Assembly: GCA_964187785.1 (NCBI GenBank)
Contig: OZ076421.1
Span: 36,084,001 to 36,148,000 of the forward strand
From: Amphiscolops sp. MND2022
Lineage: Eukaryota
Length of the DNA stretch: 64,000 bases
Direction: 5' to 3'
The position numbers were made by a program, and so were the translations under genes. Below the pieces are notes generated by a model that was not told the origin of the DNA, searched no databases, and was given only the letters and a program-made list of their open reading frames with translations. Position 1 is the stretch's first letter. Each line of letters starts with the position of its first letter. Shown here in pieces: positions 47,510 through 60,360 of this stretch.

Positions 47510-48435
47510 TGTAAGATGTAAAGTCCGTATGTTTCCTTAGATCACAAGCGGACATAGAGTCCTTTTTTGAAAATTTCGTATTTGCATTTTTCCACAAATT
47601 TCCTACCCCGCTCTCATTTGAGGACGTACACGGCTCAACGCTCTGTTGGATCAAAGGGAAATTTTCCACCATGTTTTGTATTTCAGGTATTATTCTCTCG
47701 CTAATAGCACAACTAATGGCCCTACTAATCTGAGTTTGCATGAAGTCCATCATTGTCTCCATTTCCCGAGACGTTCTAGCATTCATCTCGCCCGAAAGCG
47801 CACTAATCGATTCCATTAGTCTCTCTTCTCTAACGGGCTCATTTTTTTACTGATATCTCTGATTTCATTTTCTTGGGAAGAATTTTCTCTAATCGTGAAA
47901 TCGTGAAATGGCTGAAAGTCTCGCTGTCCACCTGGGACATTGATGAGACTATCCAACTCTGTCTATGGAGTTGGAATTTCCATCCCCTAACATCACGTCC
48001 ATGTTGCCGTAATCGGACAACATGTCTAGTTCCCTCGACTTCCTGGCCTTAGCCTTTTGTTTTCTTGTGGAAGGCATAAAATGTTTCTACAGGAGGAAGT
48101 ATTTAAATTGTTCCTGTAACCGCGTATAGTAGGAGAGCTTTACAAAGAAACTTGTATAAATGCAAGGTAACTGAATAACAGTGGTTCAACTAAAATTGTG
48201 TCTTACAAAGACCCGGTCAGGGTTTATATACCCAAGCGAGCATGACACGCAATTTTCTAACGGTCATGTTACCAAAAATAGTTATTGACTATAACATTAC
48301 CTCATTCTAAATATAGGAAATGCAGTCACAGGTGTTTTGCGGAAGCGACGAGATCAAAGGCGCGTCACGGTCGTAAAGGGAGGGGGGTGACGCATGTCCT
48401 AATATGGTCTAGCAACGCATTCTTATATATCAACA
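47510..48435 (-). repeat. element C 3' LTR (926 bp)
   Basis: Aligns with 61505-62423 with visibly more differences than the B LTR pair; TATATAAA on minus near 48225; gag-like 5' ORF fragments. Confidence 0.85.
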
Positions 48436-48912
48436 TGAAGCAACACTTTACATGTGAACATTACATGTATTCCAAATTAGGTCACTCAGTTTATATGGCC
48501 GTACAAGGCCCTTCTCATTTTCGCACCAGAAAGGGAATTTGAATTGCGCTATAAGCGCCTTTGCTGGTATTTCATCAACAAGAGGTCTTGTGTATGAATA
48601 GAGCACCTTTCAACATATAACTAGCATCGACTGAACTGATTGACAAATAGGGCCGGCTAGTCCGCGTGGCCTTACTCGTCCTTTCCGAGTAAAAATAAGC
48701 ACAGCCATATAATTGATAAATAAGCATCCAATACCAACTGGTGACGGCTACGTTAGCTACACTGGACAAGCAATTTTTTGAACGCGTTTCTTTTCTACCT
48801 GTCAGAATAGCTTGCTGACAATTGGAATTTAACATAGTAAACAATAAAAACTAAATACATCAAACAATACTATAAATTCAAAACAGTATCAAAGATTCAA
48901 AGGTTTTAGTTT

Positions 48913-49757
48913 TTACAAAAGCAGAGTTCCGGGTAAGGCGATATGCCTTGTGTGGTCTATCGTACAAATATTGCCATCGCAGGCGGCCGCCTGCGACACT
49001 CCCCCTGGTAATAATAGGAAAGTGCCAACCTGCATTCCTTCTATAAAGGCCCTCTTCCGAGCTTCTAGCTGATCCGCTGTTTCTCCCAAAACGGCCGCCT
49101 TGTGCAATTAATCTGTAACTGCCTCATTTTGAATCTGCATGGTAGATTTCCCTCATATCACAGTCTGAGTAATTGGCTAACGGAATGTATGCATCGATTC
49201 CCATTCCTTGGAAATGGTTCGTAACTGTCTCCAAGGATTGCTGGGTATCTGTGCCCTGAATGTCCACTGGGTGTGGTTCGTAAGTTGTTCCCCTCTCTTC
49301 CGTTGGGGGCGACATGGGAGTGTCTACCATGGGGATATTTTCTCTACACAGTTTGATTGGATGGTTATTACCGACTCGGTCGTCTCGCAGTATCGGGCCA
49401 ATTCCCTTTCCCTGTGAGAAGAGAGATTGGTCAAGAGTTGGTCTCGAGGCAAAGCTCGACCCAGGAGTCTCATATCTTGGCAGACTGCAGACTGTAACGG
49501 AGGGGGCGTCGTTTCTAATTTTCGATGCTGTAGATGGACCAGGGACAGGGATGGGGTGATGATAACTCCATCTCGACGCATTGGGCCATCATCATGATTT
49601 CGTCATCTGTTTCTTCATCTTCTGATGACACATGAAGGTCTAGAACGGATGTCATGCTCAGATCACATATTTCGTCTTCCTCGTCGCTGGATAGGCAAAT
49701 TAGATCCACACCTTCGGGTGCTGCGCCTTGGAAGTCTTCAGGAAATTGTTGGGCCAT
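48913..49757 (-). pseudogene. element C ORF3: acidic SIM-like protein
   Basis: VDLICLSSDEEDE and VLDLHVSSEDEE near the N-terminus; GETADQLEARKRAFIEG near the C-terminus; frameshifts and stops between. Confidence 0.65.
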
Positions 49758-49769
49758 GTTCCTATTTTA

Positions 49770-50212
49770 AGTCGGCGCTTTTCTAGGGAAAAGTGCCCGA
49801 CACTTACAGTGGCTAGTTTTTTTTGTCAGACTACAATCTCACTCTGATTGGGCCACTTTTCTTACAAGCGAAACTACTAAAACTACTACCATAAGGCCAA
49901 GTCCGGTCAGCGTAAGTTAGTGCAAAAGGGTCCACCCTTTCATTTTTTACTATTTTAACGTAACCTACAAAACCGGACGAGACTAAAGGGTTCCCCCTTT
50001 CGATTTTGTTTCGGCATTGTGCGACTTTTTCTCGAAAATTTTTAATGTCTCAAACAAGTCCCCCTTTCGAGTTTTTTGACATTTTGCAACAGAATATATG
50101 TTAATAAAGCCCAAAGGGTCCCCCTTTTACATTTGCGGCATTATTAGACATTTTCTGAAAGAAAAAAATCAAAAATTTCAAGTTTTTTTTTAAAATGGAT
50201 ATAGCGCCGACT
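49770..50212. mobile_element. MITE-like insertion with 10-bp TIRs and TTA flanks (possibly PIF/Harbinger-Tourist type)
   Basis: agtcggcgct...agcgccgact; tta on both sides (49767-49769 and 50213-50215); same family as 2230-2587. Confidence 0.65.
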
Positions 50213-51277
50213 TTAGTTGTTCCCGTCTTGTTTATCATCTTTTTCGCAATTTTGAATGCAACTGACTAATTCAGTTTGATTTAAGCAGGGTTCCTGTCAG
50301 TCTGAAGGTTGGGAGGTAAATGGCTAATTTTTTTCCTGATTCCTCGATAGTTTCTGCCTCATACTTTGCCGGGATCTCATTTCCCCGCATTGCGTTTCAT
50401 TGATGAAGTTTTCCTAAATATTCTTTGATATAAGCCGCCTTTCGCGTTGTTGACCGTCGATCAACTCCAATTTGCCTAATCCGGCAAAGAACTTTCAAGG
50501 ACTTCATCTAGTGCTTATCTCCTCTTGATGGCCACTTGAAATCTTCAAGAGGTTGCATCTATGATTGAAGGCCACGCGCGTCGACTTGTCAGTGACGACC
50601 AATAGGAATTCGAATTTAATCCTCGCATCCCAAAATGGCGAATCAATAAGTAACCAGCCAAATCATGAAATAATAAGATAACTAAAATGATAACATAATG
50701 GAAATTGTATTATTCGAAATATAAAGAAAGCGGATTTCTCTGGCAGATTCCATCCAAGAAGTAGTTTTTGTAATTGTAAAAACATTTGACATCAAATCCA
50801 GCTTGCCACGAACTCCAATTTCTCTGCTTTTGCAGTATCATCAAAATCATAGTTCATCATTTGTCACATTGTTTAGTTCTTTTATCACTTTTTTTGAATC
50901 TTTAGTTAGTCACAACACTTTCCTTCGTATTTACTCTCCCTACCTTCTGACCATATATGGACAGTGGACATCTCCGCTAAATTTAGCTGAGCATCGTCAA
51001 GAGCCCCTGGGCTCTTTCCTCCCGATTATTATCACTTCTTGCTTCTACCCCACACACCAACAGGTACAGGTAAGCTATCTGATCTTTGTTTCATTTTGAA
51101 CGGAAATGGATTTGATCAGGACCTGCCTGTTCACGTTCATTTACTTCCTGTTCATTTAAGTAAGCCATTATGGGCTTTTCGTCATATATTTTGATTCACT
51201 TCTAGAAGATTTGTTGAGCGATATCATGGACTTATATTCAGGAAGTTACCCGCTAAACTTTAACCCTTTCCGTTTAG

Positions 51278-54200
51278 ATATGGCAAACGAAGGGGTTATG
51301 ACCGAATCCACTAATCCTGCGGTTGACCAGGATAACGAAGAACAAGTGCCAGTCCACGAGAAGAATGAGCCGGTGAAGGACGTCCGACCCGAGTGTCAGG
51401 CTTCTAATTTGAGCTGCTCCACTGATGAGAGCGTCACTGCTTCATTGAGAGGACTGTTTCCAATTTCTCAGCCCCCCAACTAGAGCAACCAGTCCAGACG
51501 CCCGGAGAGAGTTTTCCTGAGACAACTAAGACCTCTGAGTCTGAGCAGTTGTAGGTCACCCTCGATCACAATATCTTTCCTGATTTTGACGATGAACTAC
51601 ACCAGTCATCCGGGAACAGCGATGCTGAGCAGGCACTCTATAGGGATAAAGTGTTTGACACCGACAGAAAGTTGAGTCTAAGTGGTAGAGAAGCCATCAG
51701 AAAGTACTTTACCACCAATGTGCCAGTCGGTCTGCCTACACGCCACGCATCCGCTGCGTTCAGCGAGGGCCAGATTCACACAATCCTGCGGACCATAGAC
51801 GTCGAATCTTTGATTTCATCGTTCCACATGATGAAATCGTTGTTGATAAAGGTGACCGAGGGCATTCCTCTAGACAAACGTCCGTCTCGGAGCATTCTCT
51901 GAAGAGCTGATACGCCTGGTCTTGGATATGAGTCAAGTTCATGAGAAGATAGTTCTGCCGTAGACAGTGATGTGTATACAAGTGGGGCCCCAAATTCGGA
52001 TGAGGATTTTCGCTACATCGAGACTGCCTCTGAGACCAATCCGCCAGCCGTATCTGCCTCCAAGACCTTGGATACGTCAACGACCCATCCAGATCAAACT
52101 AGAGTGTTAACTCCGAATTCTGGTAGCAGCTATAGCAGTTGGGATTATCGGCCGTTAGCGTCCCTGGCTCAAGCGTAATCATCTGTCGCAGTCGTCACCA
52201 GCCCTCACGCAAGCGATGAAGAATGCTGTGCAAGCCGGGCAAAGTCATGAGGGACGCCTATTTTAAAGGCATTCAATGGACGAGAACCTTTTTCTCTGGG
52301 CCGCTTGATCCCATCCACAACCGGTATAAATTTTACTGCCAGATATGCAAAACAAACATATCGATTTATTCCAAAGGAGCTCGGGAAATTCTACGCCATT
52401 ATAAGACTGAGAGACATTTGCGTCGTGACCAACGTTGGAGGTTTGAACTCCTCTGTGAAGTTGATGCGGACACGGGCCGAGTGACTAACCAAGTCCGAGG
52501 AAAAGATGGATATATCCTCACCCCATAGAGTTGGAAAAGGAATGCCGCTCTTCATTGACGCCCCTCTCGTGGACAGAGGAGATAAATTTCCTTTTTCCGA
52601 CGATTATATGTTTCACTTCAGCCGGATCGTCAAGTCCAGACGAATTCCGCATGACGACACAGATTTCTTTAATTAGTCTTTTCGTGCCGTATGGAGGAGA
52701 CTTGGCTTTGCTACGAAATCTGTGGACTCAGTTCGGAACTTTCACCAGCCACCAAGGGTTCTTCTCCGACTTTGACTGGCGAGTCGATAACCTCACCGTA
52801 AGTATTAATTCCATGTTTGGGTAGGACGGGTTCTCCCGGTTAACTGGTTTATCTGAGTTGATTTGTTTTCAGAAAATCATCCATCACACTTCCTCCGTTG
52901 CACCGAGGACATCGCCGTCCAAGTGACCAAGGAAGGAACCTATTCTTTGGAATTTACAAGGCTATTGTTATATGGCAGTGCGATTCTGGTGTGATGATGT
53001 CATCCAGCGAGTGGAGTTACGCCGTCCTCCTCTTGCTTCGGCCTATCCAGGAAACTTCCTTGGGCCAATTTCACGTTTGCTGTCCTTCATCTCTGTAGGG
53101 CCCAATCTTGTCAGCTTCTCAGGCTATCCTTCTGCAAACCCTTGACCAGAGCGGCTTTTCAAGCACACTGTCCAATTCCTCTTCCGATTTGAAGTTTTGT
53201 CCTCACCAAGCCTCATGCACCAGAAGTACGAGAGTTTCTTCGGGAATGTAGACTTCTTTTCCCAACTGAAGTACGTGGTCGTCTTTCTTAATGATAGCCT
53301 GGACCAGAATTGGATCCTTGGGTGTCCAAACTTTTCAAAGGTTAGATTCCTTTCCTTTCCATAGTGATGTGTATTCAGGTCCGTATAATAGGGGTAGGTC
53401 ATTGAGCTATCTGTGGTCACACGTTAAAGGCAAACTTTTGTTTTCTAGGCTATTACTGCTTGCGATTTGGATCTTCAAATCATTCCTGCTTTATGCACTG
53501 AGATGGTGACAAAGTGGCATATCATCCGGGATTCAATAACGCGGAACGCTCCCCCACAAGCTGGCCAAGGAATCAGAAACCGGGTAATTTACATTTCGTG
53601 TTTCATTTGAGTTGCTTTCCAGGGACACCTATTTTAAGGACGATTCGTTCCATAACTTAAGTTTAGGTATTCTTGTGGTTTTAATGTGATAACACCAGTA
53701 GTCTTCAAAGCCTTAGTTGGTGTTTTTATTCCCAAGGTTATCATTCTAGTTTTGTATTATAGCCGCAGAGCATGGAGTGGATGATCTTGATGGACGAGTA
53801 CTTCGTAGTCAAACTGGAGATCTTCAGCCTTCTCGTTCGCGATTGTGAGTATAGATTTTCCGTTAACATCCGACTTCCCGGTCCTTCCTCTGGAAAAAGG
53901 TTGATGTTTAGATGTCAAGTGTTTTGATCGCGGTTTAACTGAGCAACCCGATGCAGCTTCCTTTGTCCACGGGCAATTCTGTCGTTTCCTGCGAAAGCTC
54001 TGCTCCCGCGCCGTCCTTCCCAAATGCATTCCTGATGACGTTAATTGGACAGGGTTGTTTTAGTTGTACCCTGAAGGTCTTCGACTGCTTTCTGGCCGGG
54101 AAATTTTGAGCCGTTTGAAGTTGAAATCTGACATCGATGTCATCTGTAGGGCCAGAGTCCAGCAGGCACGAAGCGAAGCTGATAACAGTTCTGGCGATAT

Positions 54201-55035
54201 TGATGCCTTGATAACTAGTGAGAGAGACAATTTTGCTGCAAAGGCCCGATGTTACTTCATAAATCTCTTGGAGATTTTGTTGCGCGACGTCCATTTAACG
54301 GCAGATATCGTCCATAGGATGGCTTGCTTCGACCCGCACGTTTTAGTTTCCTTACCGATGGAACAAATTACCTTTTGCTTTAGCGCTTTATTCCAAACCT
54401 TCTGTTTGCGTGGTTGGGTCCAACGGGCCTCGGAGTCCGATTATCGCGATGAGTCTTTGGAGTTTGTGGAGTATTTCCGTACTAGTTTCTCTCGCCTCGA
54501 GGATCAGCCTGGCCAAGTGAAAGACATAGTCAGCTTTCTCATTGTCCCTCCTGATTTGCGAAGTCGCAAGAATTTGTTCTATCTCTTCAGGTCGAGTTGG
54601 CTCTGTGTTACCGAGGGTGGAGTAAATCTTCCTCCCATTAGGTTCTACGAGGTGCATAATTCTAACATCAAATGCCGCTTTATCGATATGCTTTTAACGG
54701 CGCAATCTTATATGACTTGCTACTCTACTAGTCTGCCAAACTAGTGCCCTTCTGAGGCGTCCATGTGCAAATTGCGAGAAACGGATGAGCAGTTCATTTC
54801 TGGGCAGTTTGCTGAAGACCCTTGGACGCATGTGGATACTTTTGGACGAGATACATTTTTGAAGAGATTAACTACCACTTTCAAAAGGCTCAAATCTACT
54901 CCTGTTAAGGCTGTTACTTTGGCTTCTTCGTCCGTGTCTTACACAGTGGGCGGCACTGTTCTTCGTGGATCTGGAAGGGCTCAAAAGCTGGCTTTCTTTG
55001 GGATATCCTTTCTTCAAAAGTTTTACAGGCCTTAG
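51278..55035 (+). pseudogene. element C antisense spliced accessory gene: BED-type zinc finger plus hAT-transposase-like body
   Basis: Exons 51278-52797, 52873-53393, 53449-53583, 53763-53844, 53912-~55035; ATG at 51280; FYCQICK...EILRHYKTERH finger; MACFDP, DESLEF and NLFYLF segments align with element B; many stops. Confidence 0.8.
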
Positions 55036-55225
55036 AAGACTTGAAGGAAGGTAGTTCTAAAACTAATTGTACATTGGTGTACAATCTGTTTTTGGTTGTG
55101 CATTTGTATACTCTCTTTTGTTTTTGTCTGTTAGTTATTTTTCTGTTGTCATTGTGGTCAAGTTAGCCCCATTAAAATACATGCCATTTTCGTTCATTGA
55201 AGAAAAAGGGACTGTAGTTTTCATT

Positions 55226-58200
55226 TCTGACTAGTTTCTGTATTCATAAGTAAAGTTGGGGGTGGGGTTAGAAACAAGGTTATATTTTCCTCCTCTAGGG
55301 CTAGATGTTTCAATGTCTTTTCCTTTTTTTCTTTCTACTGATATTCCAAGAACGGGATTATTTCCCCTGGTTCAGGAGAATAGTTAGTGTCATTCTCTAT
55401 ATCATTTCGCGAATCGGTAGGCGTGTCGCCAATATTTTGGTTGTCTCGGCTAGTGGCCGTTTAGGGCCTTCTTTCTAATTCGCTGCGTGGTTCATCTTTT
55501 GCAGCGTTATCGCTGACGTCATCCTCGTCATTGAAGATTAATGCGTCTCGGCTAGTGGCCGCATGCGGTCTTGTGTGGTATTCGTTTTTATTGTTTCGGT
55601 CATTCCCTTCGCTGCCGTCATTTTCGTCTCGTGTATTCATGCTATCGCGACTGTTGGCCGTTCGCGGCTCTGGTGCGTCGTCATTAGCACTGTCGTAAAT
55701 GACGTAATCATTATCTGCAGTAGTCGCATTATCATCCTGAATCAGCTCAAAGACTTGGTAGACAAAATCGTTTTTTCCATGCGATGGTATATAAGTCGTC
55801 TTGCGGAATTTCGTCATCAGGTAGTAATTTCACTTTGGAATATTTGCCTCTAAGGTTGTGTTTGGAACAGATTGTTTCAATCTGATGCGGCGTAGTATCT
55901 GCGTTTTATTTGTGTTCAGACGACGGACAATGTAATTGTCATTAGGTAGGACTTCTTCAACTCTATAAGGGCCAATCCTCGGTAATCCCTGAAAGGTATC
56001 TATGATCCTTGAGTATTTGCTTTAGGCTGTAGAATAAAACAAAAAAAACTTTTCTTTCAGAGCTGCTTCCTTGGCTTTACGGACATAATACTCCTTGTAT
56101 TTCAAGTGTGACTGCATAATGTTTTGCTTGGTTTTGTCAATAAAAATTTGTGTTCTCTGTTGTAGTTCTTCGGCAAATTCCGTTGTCGGCAAGAAATCCT
56201 GATTGGGATTTTTTCCAAGTTTATGATCTAAAATATTATATGGGATTCGCCCATGAAAGACTTTGCTCGGCTCACAGCCATTACTAGAATGGTAGGTAGT
56301 ACTGTAATTGAGTATCGCCAGTGGCAAGTATTTGTGCCATTGACGGCGGTATTCTCCTGACGCCATTTTCAAGTTTGTTTTCAATGAGGCGTGAATCCGC
56401 TCAAGTTCGCCGATTGTTTGAGGATGTTTAGTTGTTGCACAATTGAGTGTGATTCCGAGAATTTGCGTTATTTATTCAATAATTTTTGAGGTGAAAGCAG
56501 TTCCTTTATCAGTGATGAGCGTAGTGGGCAGGTATGCATGTTTTGTCATGATTTCGATAATGACCTTGGCCGTGCTTGAAGCAGTGGCCTAAACTAACGG
56601 GTGTGCAAACAGGTACCTTGAGAAAACATCCATAGCCGTCATCACTGTTTGATAGCCTCCACTAATTCGTAGACTTGGTAGCAAGTCGATTTGCATCGCA
56701 TTTCTGGACCAAGGTCACATTCAGGCCAATCGAGTAGTTCAAGTGTTATTTTGTTATTTGGTACACGCTTGTCTTTGGCACAAATTTCGCATCCTTCCAC
56801 CCACATTTTTACATGTTCCACTATCCCAGGGTAGTAATACTTCTGACGAATTTCTTGTAGCATTTTGGAGATTCCTGGATGTTTATGAGCGGTGCCATGT
56901 AGCGCTCGCGGCAATCACGTCAATAAATGTTTTGGTAGAAGGATTTGATGGTACTTGACTTGTCCCGTTTCGTCATAATATGGTTTCGCGACTTTAAGGA
57001 CTATTCGGTCCAAGTTGTTGAGATAGTGTTCGTACCGATAATTTTGTAGGAGTATCTTATCGGAGTATTCTTTGTTTTGGATTTTGGCTTTGAGTTGCTG
57101 TAGGATTGGGTCCATGGATTGTTCAAGTAGGATTTGGTTGGTCCTACGTAATCTGTGGCTGAAATTCCTAATTTTGTCCACTACGTTTTCAGATAATGCG
57201 TCTAAGTGTATGACGGCTTCTGTGTTGTGGTGGTTTTTACGGATTTGTTTTTTCATTCCCAAAATTGCGCTTCCGTCTCTTCGTCATTCTCGGTTAAGAA
57301 GATTTGTTCTTCCTCAGATACATCTGCTGATTGTAAGTGTACCTCAATGGGCCTTTTCTCTACGTCCGCTCATATTGTTAAGACCAGTTTCTCTTTAGGG
57401 TCCATTTCCATGCGGGACAAGTAGTCTGCTGCAGTATGGTTTTTACCTGGGTTATATTGTAAAACATAATCGCAAGCACTCCAAAGTCCTCGGAGTATTC
57501 ATCTTTGTTTGAAAGAATCTGGTTCCCGATTTATTGTCCGAAGCATAGTTTTCGGCTGAGGCGTTTCCCAGAAGATTTGTCCAAATTCTTTGAAGGCAAA
57601 GAAGATAGCTAAGAACTCTTTGTCGTAAATGGACATTTTCAGCAACGAGGGGGTAAAGGTGTTCGATCTGTAGGCTTTTGGAATGTCTGATTTTCTGACC
57701 GAGGTGAATTTCTGATTCGGGTCGTCTTCGGTGAGGATTGCGTATCCCGCTGCCGTAAAGCCGCCGTCTGTCCTTAAGACTAGTTGAGTATTCGGTAACA
57801 GTTGTTTGAGTGCTAGTTGACTGCATTTGTCTAAATCTCAGTTGATTCCATGCGTTGCTGCCACGAGCTGTCGTCACTAAGACTTTCTCGTCCAATTTGA
57901 GAAGTTGAAAAAATGGGGCTAATTTTTCTGATAATCAGGGAATATAGTTCCTGAAATAGTTCAGAAAGCCCAGGTATCTTTGGAGGTGTTTTTTGGATTT
58001 TGGGGTTATTGACTTTCCAAAAATGTAGTTATGCTTTTTTTCTGTGGTTTCACTCCCTCAGGGGTGATTGTTCTTCCTAGGAAATCTATCTCAGATGCCC
58101 CGAAGTGACTATTGTTCATTGTTTGTTTTAGTCATAATTTTCGAATGCATTCAAATGTTGCTCGGAGGTTTCTGAGTAGATGGCCGGCGTCGTTGGCAGT

Positions 58201-60360
58201 TATGCCTATATCGTCCACATACTGCGCGCATTAGTCTGCTTTAATGACCTTGTCTAGATATTCACGCATAAAACTTGAAAAGGCCGATAGTGATCGACTG
58301 AGACCTTGGGCAAGTCTCCTGTATGCAAAAGTTCTCCTGGCAACATTGAATGCAAGCATTTCGATTGATCTTTGGTACGCCATCTGAAGACAATGGTAAG
58401 CCTGGAAACAATCGAGTTTGCAAAAAAGGTTTTTGCCTGCCATATGTTGCGCCGCATCTGTCAGAGTGCTCACGGGATAATTGTTGTTAATAAAATCATC
58501 CGAGATGAGGTTTTTAAGTTTCCTCAAATCGACTAATCGTCGTAGCTTCCCATTAGGTTTTTTCTGCGCAAATATGGGGCTGGCATACTTAGAGAATGGT
58601 AAGGTTGTAATTATGCCATACTTGTGATATAATGCCAATTCGATTAGTATGTCTTCCTTTAAGTTGACTGGCGTTGGTAGGCAGGCGATTCATCCTTTGG
58701 TGTTAGTTTGACCGTGAATTCCTCGTTCGTTCCTATGTCAAACCTATGTCTGGCAAATACATCGTGGAATTCCACTAGGAGCGACTCAATTCTTTTGATT
58801 TCATGTTGCTGTAACATGGAATCTTTTCAATCTAAGTAACCGAGAAACTTCTGTCTAAATTCCTCATTTACCTGTGGGTCTAGTTTTTCTGCGTCTTGTA
58901 GGTTACGCAGTACTTGTGATATCCGCGCTTGTATGAGCGTGTGGGTTTCCTCGTCTCCTGGGTTTTCTGGAGTTGGAAACCGATATTGTTCGTATTGGTC
59001 ATTGTTTCTGTTTGCTTTTAATAGACTGCTGACATAATAGGTCGCGTTTTCTTCACTCGCACTCAGCAGATGCCAAGTTTCATTGGTTCCGGAGTCAATA
59101 CTGAGAAATTTGCTATTTATAGCATTTTTTTGAGTTTGTATGGTTGATCGGTGAAGTTGTTGATATGGAAACTCGTTGCTCCTTCGGCCAAAGTGACGAT
59201 TGCGGCACAGAAGGCTATATCGCCTTCCTCGTTCAAAAGGTCACTAGGTTGTAATACTCCTGTTAATATGTGTTCAGGGCATATTTGTGATTTGACCGTA
59301 ACTGTGGCTCGGTCGTTGGCGGATTGGTTATATCATCTGGGCTGAGAATCGGTTCTACAACATTAGAATATTTGTGGTCAGCTGTTTTGAGTTGCATGGA
59401 GAAATAGGGGAAATTGAGGATGCCTTGGCGCATGTCCAGGACTGTATGATTCATTTGGAGGATCATCATTCCAATTTTTGGTCCGATCAGTTTTTCCATT
59501 ACGATGAATTTTTTGTGGAATTCAATGTCTCCTGCTTCGAACTTCAGTTCAACGGTGTATTTTGGGGTTTCCAATTGTTCATTTGCGACCATAATTTTAA
59601 ATGGTGGAGCAGGCCATTCTTTAAGTATTGATTGTGGCGCCAGAAAACGATATTGCCTCAAGTCTGCCTCCAGGATTGCACTGGATAAAGCTCCAGTGTC
59701 GATTAGGCCGTCTATGGATAACTCCTCAAAATCCATTGGAAAATAAAGCATCCGCTTCTTGTACTTTAGTCCGAGGTTCGTAGAGAGAGGTATGTATGCC
59801 GGTTCTCCTTCCTTAGTCACTAGAACATGTAAAAAGGCTGTTCCACCTAATAGACCGGGTTCGGTCCTGTGACCCATTGTCACTAATTGAGTCGTCTATT
59901 TCTTTCATATTGTTGATTTCGGAATTCGGCTGCCACAATTCGTTGAGCACCCTTGATAATTTGTTATCTGGGATTTCGGGAACATCCTCATCATCTGTTG
60001 GTGGGTCAACTTCACCTTTAAATTACAGTTTCCGTTGGTCGAAGAGGGAAATGTCCCAGTATGGGACTACTTCATATTCAGGGTCAAAGCAATGAGGGTT
60101 GTAGCCTTCGATTAGTTGAAGTGGTCTAAATCGTGTTTTAAAGTCTGCAGTACAGTCCATGTCGTAGTATCAGTCTGGGCGATCGTTGTGAACTAATTTT
60201 TCGGTTTTAATGTATGCCTTTTCCATGTGTTTCTGCCAGACAACTGATGGTATTCCATTGATGTCACTATGATTTTGTTTGTAAGTTACAGTAGCAGGGT
60301 CGGATATGACATATTGTCGTATCGACATTCGGTCACATCTTTGGAGTCGTGGCAAAATTT
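55226..60360 (-). pseudogene. pol: element C pol (PR, dUTPase-like insert, RT, RNase H, IN with GPY)
   Basis: LIDTGA 59692-59700; YVDD 58210-58221; HPGISKML zinc domain ~56875; IGPY 55965-55973; RGGKYNL end; heavily frameshifted. Confidence 0.93.

Noticed and set aside
47505-48440. Solo LTR with its own TSD
   Set aside because: Flanks tgctg and tgaag differ at 2 of 5 positions; gene order fits it being the 3' LTR of element C.
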